Origin: Blastocatellia bacterium
Lineage (GTDB): Bacteria; Acidobacteriota; Blastocatellia; UBA7656
Length of the DNA: 64,000 nucleotides
NCBI GenBank assembly: GCA_035258805.1
Contig: DATFWY010000037.1
Location: 350-64,349 of the forward strand
Reading direction: 5' to 3'
Shown here: positions 1-9,350 of the stretch, piece after piece
How the letters are laid out: each line of letters begins with the position of its first letter
How positions within the stretch are numbered: position 1 is the first letter of the stretch
Notes under the pieces: model-generated
Told to the model about the DNA's origin: nothing
The model's database searches: none
The model's input: the letters and a program-made list of their open reading frames with translations, nothing else
Position numbers and translations under genes: made by a program

Positions 1-292
1 ATGACTCAATTCTTCAATGGTCCTTGTGGAAAATTCAGGCCACTGGGTATACTTTTTCCTCTTTGTCGGAACTACCAGTCCTGCAAGGGCGGCGCACCCT
101 GGACGTCGAGATAGATATTAGCTGCAAGCTTTCGGGAACTGAGACTTCTATTAGTGTCAAAGCGACGCCGAAAAACAGGGTGACTCGGTATTCAGCGGAT
201 ACATGATCCAACGCTAAGTTATACACAGTAATTAAGCGCTATTATGCCGCAACGATACCGGACTGTGATCTATAAGAGGAGTATCGAGAAGG

Positions 293-2524
293 ATGAGGAA
301 GGCAGTAGTATTTTCAATAACCGCAGTCTTACTTTTTTCCTGGTTGTTCCTACCCGGTTTAACCGAGCGATTATCGGTCAGCGCACAGGATGACGCACCA
401 GAGATCAAAAAGCTCCGACCCAATCTTATCACTGCAGGTACCCGAACATTCACTATACGCTTAGAGGGCCGTCGTTTCGCAGAAGGAGCCAATGTACTGT
501 TCGACGGAGTGCCCCTGCCTTTACCTCGAATCGCTCGCAAGGGCAAAATCTTGCTCGCAGAAGTAGACGCCTCGCTCATCGCAAATCCAGGTACTCATTC
601 TATACAGGCGCAGAATCCGGATGGCGCGAGCACCCAAACGCTTACACTAACTGTCAGCGCACAAAATCCCGAGTTACAGATCCTACTGGATGGGAACGCG
701 GCACAAGAGGATTCGGGATTGATATTCCTACCAACGCTGCTGACGGATTCGTTCGGCAAAGGATCCACCGTTACAGTTTGGGGAAGAGAAACAACCGTGA
801 CGGAGGTGAGCGGAGGCGTTCAGATTGAAGTATCCAATGACTTTGTGAACGACCCGGCTGAGATTCCAATAACTCTGATCTCAAAAGACGGCAGTATCTC
901 GAATACAGAACTTTTCTTTGTAGTCCCCGCTCCTGCGGAAATCACCGGCATTGATCCAGAGGTACTCCAGGTTGGCACGGACGACGTTCCTTTGATAGTT
1001 TCCGGTATTTTCAAACCCGGCGCAACCATAGTCGTGAATGATATGGTGCTCGCAACGACTGTTGGTAAGAACGAGCGTCTCGAGGCGACGATACCGGGCA
1101 ACCTTCGGACCGCGCCCACACAATTGGTCATTCGCGTTGAGCAGGAGGGCATTCAATCGCGAGATACAATCCTGCCGGTCACTCCAACTTCGGATCCATT
1201 TATCTTCAATGTTGCGCCCATCAGAATTCGCGTAGGTGAGAAAAGGCCCTCGATTGAGGTTATCGGTGCAAACTTCGGCAAGGATGTTACCGCTTTCATA
1301 GATGGGCAGGAAGCAATTATTCGCGTGGCAACCAAGACCACTTTGACCGTCGCTCTGGACAGAGAACTAGCTGTCGGGACTCACACTGTTCAGGTAAAGG
1401 ACCCGGACGGTAATGCTACGGAGACCATCGCATTCGAGGCCGTACCAGACGTAATGGTGGAGACATTTGTGGGCCTGGCAAGGGTTGGTCTTGATTCGGA
1501 CTGTGTGCCCGGAGCAGTGGCGCATTTTTGGCGTCCCCGGAGACTCAGCCTCGGGCCGGACGGTCTGCTATACATAACCGATCAGCAGAATCACGCAATA
1601 AGGACAGCTGATATCAATTCAGGTCAAGTTTGCACGTTGGCAGGCACCGGCGAAGAAGGTTACAACGATTCAGGAAACACTGCCGGTAAGCCGCCGACGT
1701 TTTCGTTCCCAAATGGCATCGCTGTGGACAGCAGCGGAACGATATATGTCACCGAGAACGGCAATAGCGTTATTCGTCGGATTCGAAGATCCGGAGCCAC
1801 AATAACCGTCGAGACGGTGGCGGGACTATTCCACGAGGTCACTGATAAGGACAAACAGGAGAAGCTCAACAGTACTCGCCAGGGCATCGCCAGCTATAGA
1901 GATGCAGGTCAGTTTGACTCTGCATTCAGGCTCCCGGACGAAATAGTAATTGCGCCCGACGGGACAATTTATGTCGCGGATGCCGGCAACAGCGCGATAA
2001 GGCGCATTACCCAACGCAACGGTCAAGCAGTAGTTGAAACAGTAGCAGGCAACGGAGTGCCCGGTTTTGCCGACGGAGAGGCGAATAAGGCTCGATTCAA
2101 CACGCCGACCTCACTTGCGTTGTCCCTGGACGGCAACTTCCTTTTCGTTGCAGATACCAACAACAACCGAGTGCGAAAAATCGATCTCATCAATAACCGA
2201 GTTAGCACGTTTGCTGGAGGCGGAAAGGGCGACGTAGTAGACGGGCCGAAGGGCGAAGCGGTGCTCTCCCAGCCGATCGGGCTGGCCCTTGATTCGGATG
2301 GCGTTCTCTATGTAACCGAATTTGGAGCCAATGACATTCGTCGCATTGATCCTGCAGGAAACGTCACAAGTCTCGCCGGCCACGGAGGCCAGAAACTGCT
2401 CGATGGCCCAGGCCTCGAGGCGAGGTTCGCGCTTCCGCGCGGACTTGCCATCGACAGACAGACCGGAGTCCTGTACATCGCGGATTACGAGAATCTGGTT
2501 ATACGAAAGATCGCGCTGCGCTAG
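293..2524 (+). CDS. Secreted NHL-repeat protein with IPT/TIG (Ig-like) domains
   Basis: 743 aa ORF with an N-terminal signal peptide (MRKAVVFSITAVLLFSWLFLPG). The C-terminal half holds repeated NHL-type blades (LYITD, IYVTE, IYVAD, LFVADTNNNRVRKIDL, LYVTEFGANDIRRID, LYIADYENLVIRKI). The N-terminal half has Ig-like/IPT repeats. Confidence 0.7.
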   Translation: MRKAVVFSITAVLLFSWLFLPGLTERLSVSAQDDAPEIKKLRPNLITAGTRTFTIRLEGRRFAEGANVLFDGVPLPLPRIARKGKILLAEVDASLIANPGTHSIQAQNPDGASTQTLTLTVSAQNPELQILLDGNAAQEDSGLIFLPTLLTDSFGKGSTVTVWGRETTVTEVSGGVQIEVSNDFVNDPAEIPITLISKDGSISNTELFFVVPAPAEITGIDPEVLQVGTDDVPLIVSGIFKPGATIVVNDMVLATTVGKNERLEATIPGNLRTAPTQLVIRVEQEGIQSRDTILPVTPTSDPFIFNVAPIRIRVGEKRPSIEVIGANFGKDVTAFIDGQEAIIRVATKTTLTVALDRELAVGTHTVQVKDPDGNATETIAFEAVPDVMVETFVGLARVGLDSDCVPGAVAHFWRPRRLSLGPDGLLYITDQQNHAIRTADINSGQVCTLAGTGEEGYNDSGNTAGKPPTFSFPNGIAVDSSGTIYVTENGNSVIRRIRRSGATITVETVAGLFHEVTDKDKQEKLNSTRQGIASYRDAGQFDSAFRLPDEIVIAPDGTIYVADAGNSAIRRITQRNGQAVVETVAGNGVPGFADGEANKARFNTPTSLALSLDGNFLFVADTNNNRVRKIDLINNRVSTFAGGGKGDVVDGPKGEAVLSQPIGLALDSDGVLYVTEFGANDIRRIDPAGNVTSLAGHGGQKLLDGPGLEARFALPRGLAIDRQTGVLYIADYENLVIRKIALR

Positions 2525-2573
2525 TGCGCGCGACCTCAAATCGCACCAGGACGGATCCAATACGCAGGGTAGA

Positions 2574-2780
2574 TTAGCTTCGGTGGCGGTAGGTGATACG
2601 GCCCTTGGTCAGGTCGTAAGGTGACAACTCGACAGTCACCTTATCACCTGCCAGCACCTTGATGAAGTTCTTCCTCATCTTACCGGAGAGATGTGCGAGG
2701 ATTTCATGCCCGTCTCCGATTTGTACTTTGAAGGTGGCGTTGGGCAGAGACTCGATCACAGTTCCTTCCACAGGAATCAT
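2574..2780 (-). CDS. infA: Translation initiation factor IF-1
   Basis: 68 aa protein with the canonical IF-1 S1-fold motif [52 protein letters not shown] 7 nt upstream on the minus strand. Confidence 0.95.
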   Translation of the reverse strand: MIPVEGTVIESLPNATFKVQIGDGHEILAHLSGKMRKNFIKVLAGDKVTVELSPYDLTKGRITYRHRS

Positions 2781-3041
2781 GTCTTCTTTCGGAATAGCAG
2801 CACCTCCTTGTTGTGCTTAGCGATTGATAATAAGTAGAACCTGCTAAGGATACCTCATCCTCTCGATTCAGTCTACGTTGGTATCTAAGACGTGCGGATC
2901 ATCGCGGATCGCCTTCCGGAATTTCCAAAAAACAGCTCTAAACAATCCAGGACTGGGCCTATTCAGCTTCTTTCGACCTTTCCGCTGAGCACTCACTACA
3001 ACAACTACGGGCATTCAAGAGGGCGTTTCGAACCTTAAAAC

Positions 3042-3070
3042 TTGACAGTATCGCGCTCATATTTTATGCT
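3042..3070 (+). promoter_or_regulatory. Putative sigma70-type promoter upstream of the DnaJ-like gene
   Basis: TTGACA (3042-3047), 17-bp spacer, TATGCT (3065-3070), about 40 bp upstream of the ATG at 3111. Confidence 0.3.
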
Positions 3071-3110
3071 GATGGTGTTGCAGATTCGGACTGATCTCGA
3101 GTAGGACTGA

Positions 3111-4130
3111 ATGGCGGTTAAGTTTAAGGATTACTACGAAGTACTCGGTGTTAAGCGTGACGCCACCGACGACCAGATCCGACAAGCCTATCGAAAGCTT
3201 GCACGAAAATACCACCCTGACGTCAATCCCGGCGATCGGGTCGCAGAGGACAAATTCAAAGAACTTAACGAAGCTAACGAAGTCCTCTCCGATCCCGCGA
3301 AGCGCAAACGCTACGATCAGCTCGGTGCAAACTGGAAGAACGGAGCGGAGTTCACTCCACCGCCGGGCTGGGCGCGGACCAACGTCCAGTTCGACGATCT
3401 CGGCAACATCTTTGGCGGCGGTGGATTCAGCGATTTCTTTGAAACTCTTTTTGGCGGTATGAGATCCGAGCCGCAGACCGAGCAACGCAGGCGAAGTAGC
3501 CGTTCGAGAGCAAGTCGGGGGCAGGATGCCGAAGCAGAAATGGAAATCTCCCTCGAGGATGCGCACAACGGAGGCCGTCATCGGATAACTCTTCAAGGTA
3601 CGCGTGCTTGCTCTGCTTGTGGTGGAAAAGGAACCACGTCTGGTGTCGTTTGCCCCGCCTGCAGGGGAGCAGGGCAGGTAATGAATCCCAGGACCATCGA
3701 TGTGAATATCCCGCCCGCTGCTCGAGAGGGTTCGGTAATAAAAGTTAGCAAGCATGGACAGCCAGGAACGACCGAACCAGGGGACCTCTTTATTCGATTA
3801 AAGATCAAACCTCATCCGATCTTCACTGTTTCTGGCGACGATATTACCGCCGAGATTCCAATAGCTCCATGGGAAGCCGTACTAGGGGCGACAATTGAAG
3901 TGCCTACAATCGATGGAAAGGCGGAAATGAAGATACCGCCCGGAGCTCAGGGGGGACAAAGACTGCGATTGAGAGGGCAAGGTCTCAACAAAAGAGCTGG
4001 GGGACGCGGCGATCAATACGTAAAACTGAAGGTGGTCGTTCCGACGCACGCGACGGATCGAGAGAAGCAGCTCTTTCGTGATTTGAGCGAGACGACCAGG
4101 TTTAACCCAAGAGCGGGATGGGAGAAGTGA
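3111..4130 (+). CDS. DnaJ-family co-chaperone (J domain, G/F-rich region, reduced zinc finger, C-terminal substrate-binding domain)
   Basis: J domain with HPD motif (DYYEVLGVKRDATDDQIRQAYRKLARKYHPDVNP). Gly/Phe-rich linker (FGGGGFSDFFETLFGG). Only two CxxCxG repeats (CSACGGKG...CPACRGAG) instead of four. DnaJ-like C-terminal domain. Confidence 0.85.
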   Translation: MAVKFKDYYEVLGVKRDATDDQIRQAYRKLARKYHPDVNPGDRVAEDKFKELNEANEVLSDPAKRKRYDQLGANWKNGAEFTPPPGWARTNVQFDDLGNIFGGGGFSDFFETLFGGMRSEPQTEQRRRSSRSRASRGQDAEAEMEISLEDAHNGGRHRITLQGTRACSACGGKGTTSGVVCPACRGAGQVMNPRTIDVNIPPAAREGSVIKVSKHGQPGTTEPGDLFIRLKIKPHPIFTVSGDDITAEIPIAPWEAVLGATIEVPTIDGKAEMKIPPGAQGGQRLRLRGQGLNKRAGGRGDQYVKLKVVVPTHATDREKQLFRDLSETTRFNPRAGWEK

Positions 4131-4218
4131 TGCGTGATGCGTGATTAGGCTATGATTCTTGCGAGCGCTGGCAGATCGCATCACGAATCACGAATCACGC
4201 ATCACGAATCACTCATTC
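4127..4218. repeat. Inverted repeat built from tandem heptamers (GTGATGC x2-3 ... ATCACGM x4) between dnaJ-like stop and clpB
   Basis: gtgatgcgtgatgcgtgat ... atcacgaatcacgaatcacgcatcacgaatcac. The arms are reverse complements with 1-2 mismatches and about a 40-nt loop. It starts at the TGA of the upstream gene. Confidence 0.7.
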
Positions 4219-4251
4219 ATAGTTCGAAAAAGGTAGCAAAGGAAGATTCAA

Positions 4252-6885
4252 ATGGATATCAATCGGTTTACCGAGAAGGCTCAGGAAGCGGTGCGGGCCG
4301 CTCAAACACTCGCGACCAGATACAGCAATCAGCAGATTGAAGTTGAACACCTTATGTATGCTCTTCTCGATCAGGCAGGCGGCCTTGTGCCCTCGATCCT
4401 GTCGCGAGCAGGGGTCAACGTAGATCCTTTGAAGATCGCGGTCGAGCGCGAGATCAACAAAATGCCAAAGGTTACGGGACCGTCAGGCCCAGTCGATCAG
4501 GTTTATATTACTGCCCGATTAAACAAAGTCTTTGTGGCCGCCGAGGATGAGGCGAAGAAACTAAAGGACGAATATGTAAGCGTTGAACATTTACTGCTGG
4601 CGATCATCGAGGATGGCGGCCCCGCGTCACGCGCGTTGAAAATGGCCGGGGGCACTCGCGATCGGATCGAGAAAGCTTTGATGGAAGTTCGAGGCCATCA
4701 ACGCGTCACGTCTCAAAATCCGGAGGCAACCTATGAAGCTCTCGAACGTTATGGCCGGGACCTCACGAAGGCGGCTGGGGCGGGGAAACTGGACCCGGTG
4801 ATCGGCCGCGACGACGAGATACGCCGTGTGATTCAGGTTCTATCCCGCAGGACAAAGAATAACCCGGTACTGATCGGCGAGCCCGGAGTCGGAAAAACAG
4901 CGATAGTCGAGGGTCTTGCGCAAAGAATCGTGCGTGGCGACGTTCCGGAAAGCCTTAAGGACAAGCGAATCGTAGCGTTGGATATGGGTGCGCTCGTAGC
5001 GGGCGCAAAATATCGCGGCGAGTTCGAAGAGCGATTGAAGGCGGTTCTGAAAGAGATTCAGGCTTCTGAAGGCGAGATCATCCTGTTCATCGATGAGATG
5101 CACACAATAGTCGGTGCGGGAGCGGCTGAAGGCGCAGTAGACGCGGCTAACCTTTTGAAGCCGATGCTGGCGCGCGGTGAATTGCATTGTATTGGCGCAA
5201 CCACGCTGGACGAGTATCGCAAGCACATTGAAAAGGATGCTGCATTGGAACGACGCTTTCAGCCTGTTCTTGTCGATCAGCCGACTGTGGAAGATACCAT
5301 CTCGATCTTGAGAGGACTAAAAGAGCGTTACGAAGTACATCATGGCGTTCGCATCAAAGATTCCGCGTTGGTTGCGGCTGCGGTGTTGTCGCATCGGTAC
5401 ATATCGGACCGGTTCCTGCCTGACAAAGCAATCGATCTCGTAGACGAAGCTGCAGCGAAGTTGCGGACCGAGATCGATTCGATGCCCGCGGAGCTCGATG
5501 AGATACTGCGCCGGGTTATGCAGCTGGAGATCGAGCGTGAGGCGTTGAAAAAAGAGACTGATCCATCATCACGACTGCGTCTCGAGAAGCTCGAAAAGGA
5601 GCTTGCCGACAATCGCGCGAATGCCGATCAGCTCAAGGCTCAATGGCAAGCCGAGAAAGAGGCGGTTCAGAAAATCCGATCCATTCGCGAAGAAATCGAA
5701 CAGACCAAGGTTGCAATTGAGCAGGCGCAACGCGAATACGATCTTAATCGCGCAGCCGAACTGCAGTACGGAAAGTTGACGCAGCTCGAAAAGCAGCTGC
5801 GCGAGTATGAGGATGGACTCGATCGGCAGCAAAACCGCAGCCGCTTACTCAAGGAAGAAGTCGACGAGGAAGACATTGCCGAAGTGGTAAGCCGCTGGAC
5901 CCACATACCGGTTTCAAAGCTATTGGAGGGAGAGCTTCAGAAGCTGCTTTCGCTTGAGGAACATCTGCACAAGCGTGTTGTTGGACAAGATGAAGCGGTC
6001 AAAGCGGTTGCAGACGCGGTAATCAGGGCCCGCTCCGGACTGAAGGACCCGAACAGACCGATAGGATCATTCATATTTCTTGGGCCGACCGGCGTCGGGA
6101 AAACCGAGCTCGCTCGCGCGCTTGCGGTATTCTTGTTCGACGATGAACACGCGATGATTCGCATAGACATGTCCGAGTACCAGGAGAAGCATGCGGTTGC
6201 TCGGTTAATCGGGGCGCCCCCGGGTTATGTGGGCTACGAGGAAGGTGGACAGCTAACTGAAACTGTGCGGCGGCGACCATACTCTGTGGTGCTGTTTGAT
6301 GAGATAGAGAAAGCGCATCACGACGTTTTCAATGTTTTGTTACAGATTCTCGACGATGGGCGGCTCACGGATGGTCAGGGTCGTGTGGTTAATTTCAAAA
6401 ACACGATCGTCATTATGACGAGCAATATTGGCAGTCACTTGATACTGGAATACCATGGCAAGCTGCACGGCGATCAATATGAGGACATGAAGGAAAGCGT
6501 ATTGGACTCTTTGCGACACCATTTCAGACCCGAGTTTCTGAACAGGGTCGACGAGATCATTGTCTTCCATTCATTGACTGAACAGGACCTAAAGCAGATA
6601 GTCGACATTCAACTGGACCGCTTGCGCACAAGGCTTGCAGAAAGACGTATCACCCTGGAGCTTACGGACGAAGCAAAGTCACATCTTGCCCTGGCGGGCT
6701 ACGACCCAGTGTACGGCGCCCGTCCATTGAAACGGTCGATTCAGCGTGAAATCGAGACGCCGCTCTCGAGGTTAATATTGAAAGGAGATGTGAAGGACAA
6801 CTCAACTGTACGCGCTGGAGTTTCCGCCGGAACGATAAATTTTTCATTTGGGCCGCTCGCGGCAGAAGCAGAAGGAAAATATTAA
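4252..6885 (+). CDS. clpB: Chaperone ClpB (Hsp100 disaggregase)
   Basis: 877 aa. Clp N-domain, two AAA+ modules with Walker A ([15 protein letters not shown]; [15 protein letters not shown]), long coiled-coil middle domain, C-terminal D2-small domain. Confidence 0.97.
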   Translation: MDINRFTEKAQEAVRAAQTLATRYSNQQIEVEHLMYALLDQAGGLVPSILSRAGVNVDPLKIAVEREINKMPKVTGPSGPVDQVYITARLNKVFVAAEDEAKKLKDEYVSVEHLLLAIIEDGGPASRALKMAGGTRDRIEKALMEVRGHQRVTSQNPEATYEALERYGRDLTKAAGAGKLDPVIGRDDEIRRVIQVLSRRTKNNPVLIGEPGVGKTAIVEGLAQRIVRGDVPESLKDKRIVALDMGALVAGAKYRGEFEERLKAVLKEIQASEGEIILFIDEMHTIVGAGAAEGAVDAANLLKPMLARGELHCIGATTLDEYRKHIEKDAALERRFQPVLVDQPTVEDTISILRGLKERYEVHHGVRIKDSALVAAAVLSHRYISDRFLPDKAIDLVDEAAAKLRTEIDSMPAELDEILRRVMQLEIEREALKKETDPSSRLRLEKLEKELADNRANADQLKAQWQAEKEAVQKIRSIREEIEQTKVAIEQAQREYDLNRAAELQYGKLTQLEKQLREYEDGLDRQQNRSRLLKEEVDEEDIAEVVSRWTHIPVSKLLEGELQKLLSLEEHLHKRVVGQDEAVKAVADAVIRARSGLKDPNRPIGSFIFLGPTGVGKTELARALAVFLFDDEHAMIRIDMSEYQEKHAVARLIGAPPGYVGYEEGGQLTETVRRRPYSVVLFDEIEKAHHDVFNVLLQILDDGRLTDGQGRVVNFKNTIVIMTSNIGSHLILEYHGKLHGDQYEDMKESVLDSLRHHFRPEFLNRVDEIIVFHSLTEQDLKQIVDIQLDRLRTRLAERRITLELTDEAKSHLALAGYDPVYGARPLKRSIQREIETPLSRLILKGDVKDNSTVRAGVSAGTINFSFGPLAAEAEGKY

Positions 6886-7055
6886 CCCGGCGATCGAATC
6901 GCTAATTTAAGTCTCCGGGGTGTTTGAATGATCGGCGGCAAAGATGCGAATCGGAGGTCGGCGAGCGGTGTGCTATCATTGCTTGCGACGTCGAATCTCA
7001 AAGAGATCGGCCGTTAAACGGGTGGAGTGGACAGCAAGGAACAAGGAGGACGGGT

Positions 7056-8192
7056 ATGATTGCAGACGATGACATTAAGCAACTACGCCGTTACAGGCCC
7101 GATTCCGATTCATGCATCTTAAGTCTCTACTTGAACGTCGATCAATCAAATGCCTCTAACCTCAACCGCGGTTTCGAGACAAGCTTCGAAAGTATGTTTC
7201 GTCAGGTGTTTGATGGTCAAGACTCGAACGAGGCCAGCAAGCAGAGGTTCGAGGCGGAATGCCGCCGCATCCGCCAATTCCTGCGCGACTACATGCCAAA
7301 GGGAAAGTCTTTGGTAGTCTTCAGCGACTCGCAGCAGGGTTTTTGGTGGCAGCGAGATCTTCAGGTTGCTTTGCCGTCCGGATTACGCTGGTCGCAGAAA
7401 CCCTGGGTTCGACCTTTGCTCGAGTTAGTTGAAAGTCACGACCGGATTGCAGTTGTCTTATTAGATAAACAAAGAGCGCGGATCTTTGCGAGCGACACCG
7501 GCGAGATAGAGCAGCAAATCGAGATTCTTTCCGACGTACCTAATCGACACTCTACTACCGGAAAGGATCATATAATGTCGCAAGGGCAGATGGAACGCGA
7601 CCACGACAATCACGTTCAATCCCATGCGAAGCGCACCGCAGATGAACTGTCATCCCTGATCGACCGCCTCAAATTAGAAAGGGTTGTTATCGGCGGTCCA
7701 GTCGAAGCAACATCGGTATTCATTGGTTCATTACCGAAACGAATCCAGCAGATGGTGATAGGGACGATCTCCGCTCCGGTCGATGCAGGTACTTACCGCG
7801 TTATGAACGAAGTGCGGGATGTACAAGACAAAGCCGAGCAGGAAGATGAAGCAAAGATAGTCGACGCGATGATCACGGCAGCGATGAAGGGTGATAAAGC
7901 AGTCCTTGGGTTATCCGACACCCTCTTCGCGATTCAGGAGGGCAGAGTCTATCGACTGGTGGTGGCACGAGATTATCGGGCGGAAGGAAAGGAATGCGGC
8001 TCGTGTCACGTATTGATCGCCGACGGCTTAGACACCTGTTCATTCTGCGGCGGCAAGCTCGACGCTGCTCCGGATCTGATTAATCGCGCTTCGCATCGGG
8101 TACTGGATATGGGAGGCAAGATACAACTTGTCGCTGGCGAAGCTGCGGCAAAGCTCGCGAGTGCTCGCATTGGGGCGTTGTTGAGATTCTAA
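7056..8192 (+). CDS. eRF1/Pelota-like (baeRF1-type) protein with C-terminal zinc ribbon
   Basis: Start chosen at ATG 7056 (AAGGAGG RBS 6 nt upstream). The track ORF extends to 6924 but without an RBS. The central region NRHSTTGKDHIMSQGQMERDHDNHVQSHAKRTADE aligns to eRF1 domain 2 around the GGQ loop (here SQGQ). VLGLSDTLFAIQEGRVYRLVVARDY matches the eRF1/Pelota domain-3 motif ([20 protein letters not shown]). The C-terminus has a CxxC...CxxC ribbon (CGSCHVLIADGLDTCSFCGG). It lies 21 bp upstream of clpP. Confidence 0.55.
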   Translation: MIADDDIKQLRRYRPDSDSCILSLYLNVDQSNASNLNRGFETSFESMFRQVFDGQDSNEASKQRFEAECRRIRQFLRDYMPKGKSLVVFSDSQQGFWWQRDLQVALPSGLRWSQKPWVRPLLELVESHDRIAVVLLDKQRARIFASDTGEIEQQIEILSDVPNRHSTTGKDHIMSQGQMERDHDNHVQSHAKRTADELSSLIDRLKLERVVIGGPVEATSVFIGSLPKRIQQMVIGTISAPVDAGTYRVMNEVRDVQDKAEQEDEAKIVDAMITAAMKGDKAVLGLSDTLFAIQEGRVYRLVVARDYRAEGKECGSCHVLIADGLDTCSFCGGKLDAAPDLINRASHRVLDMGGKIQLVAGEAAAKLASARIGALLRF

Positions 8193-8213
8193 CGATCGAC
8201 CAGAAGGAATCAG

Positions 8214-8837
8214 ATGGCATTAATTCCGACAGTAGTTGAGACCACCGGACGGGGCGAGCGTCACTTCGACATCTATTCCAGGCTCCTGAAGGAGCACATC
8301 ATTTTCCTTGGAACCGATATCGATGAGGCGATCGCAAACATAGTCGTGGCAGAACTGCTTTATCTGGAGTCGGAAGATCCCGATCGTGAAATATCGATCT
8401 ACATCAACAGTCCGGGGGGATCGATCACTGCAGGATTAGCAATTTATGACACGATGCAATTCATCAGGCCTGATGTAGTCACTATCTGCATGGGTCAGGC
8501 AGCGTCGATGGCGGCAATATTGCTTGCGGCCGGCGCGAAGGGTAAACGTTTTTCTCTTCCCAACTCGAGAATCTTGATTCATCAGCCGTCGGTCGAGGGC
8601 ATCGCCGGTCAAGCTACTGACGTGAAGATTTACGCAGAAGAACTTTTGCGTACCAGGAATCAGCTTTCGAAACTTCTCGCTCAATTGACGGGACAGCCTT
8701 TTGACAAGACGGATCGCGACGTAGAACGCGACTTTATCCTGAGCCCAATCCAGGCCGTGGAATACGGACTTATCGATGGTGTTCTAGATTCCCGCGAACT
8801 TGAAGGGAAGCTTGTTGGGACGGCGGGCTTGCTGTAA
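8214..8837 (+). CDS. clpP: ATP-dependent Clp protease proteolytic subunit
   Basis: 207 aa with classic ClpP core ([40 protein letters not shown]...ILIHQP...[10 protein letters not shown]). Ser/His/Asp triad present. Confidence 0.95.
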   Translation: MALIPTVVETTGRGERHFDIYSRLLKEHIIFLGTDIDEAIANIVVAELLYLESEDPDREISIYINSPGGSITAGLAIYDTMQFIRPDVVTICMGQAASMAAILLAAGAKGKRFSLPNSRILIHQPSVEGIAGQATDVKIYAEELLRTRNQLSKLLAQLTGQPFDKTDRDVERDFILSPIQAVEYGLIDGVLDSRELEGKLVGTAGLL

Positions 8838-8907
8838 TCGGCAGCGGGTTGACGCAGGTTAGAATGAGACACTGTCCGAGAGAGGACCGCACATCTTAAT
8901 AGCACCA

Positions 8908-9279
8908 GTGGAGCAACTCATGATGTCAAGAAGCAAGAGGGTGTTCATTGAGCGAATCAGCAGCGAGTACCACCGACCCAGTGGGCCGCTTTGGCAGCCC
9001 GCAGTCGACATTTACCGCTGCCCGGATGGTTGGAAAATAAAATTCGACCTCGCAGGGGTCAAGGCGGACGATATCCACATATTGGTCTCGGATGACAAGT
9101 TGATCGTGCGCGGAGTCCGCCGCGACACCGTCATCACCGAGGGATGGAGCTACCACCAGCTGGAAATAACCTATAGCCGTTTCGAGCGTGTACTGAAGCT
9201 TCCCTGCGATCTTTCGAATGCGGAAATTCAGAGCGAAAGCCGCGATGGGTGGTTCATTCTGCATCTAAGGTGTGTATGA
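8908..9279 (+). CDS. Small heat-shock protein, Hsp20/alpha-crystallin family
   Basis: 123 aa. Alpha-crystallin domain pattern (PAVDIYRCPDGWKIKFDLAGVKADDIHILVSDDKLIVRGVRRD...YSRFERVLKLP). Confidence 0.85.
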   Translation: MEQLMMSRSKRVFIERISSEYHRPSGPLWQPAVDIYRCPDGWKIKFDLAGVKADDIHILVSDDKLIVRGVRRDTVITEGWSYHQLEITYSRFERVLKLPCDLSNAEIQSESRDGWFILHLRCV

Positions 9280-9350
9280 GTGAAGAAGACCTGACCGGGC
9301 GCGACTATTTGAATGAAATGATGGCCGAGAGGTGATTAGGGGTATCAATA

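Noticed and set aside
2781-3110. Search for CIRCE (TTAGCACTC-N9-GAGTGCTAA) or HAIR operators and sigma32 promoters upstream of the chaperone/protease genes
   Set aside because: Only weak partial matches (ctgagcactca with no partner; tcaag-N21-cttga). There is not enough to call a heat-shock operator.
3057-3755. 232-aa minus-strand ORF overlapping the DnaJ-like gene
   Set aside because: Antisense to a gene with clear J-domain homology; no motif of its own.
6924-7055. N-terminal 44-codon extension of the eRF1-like ORF back to ATG 6924
   Set aside because: No RBS there, whereas ATG 7056 has AAGGAGG at optimal spacing. The extension is Arg/Cys-rich and looks non-coding.
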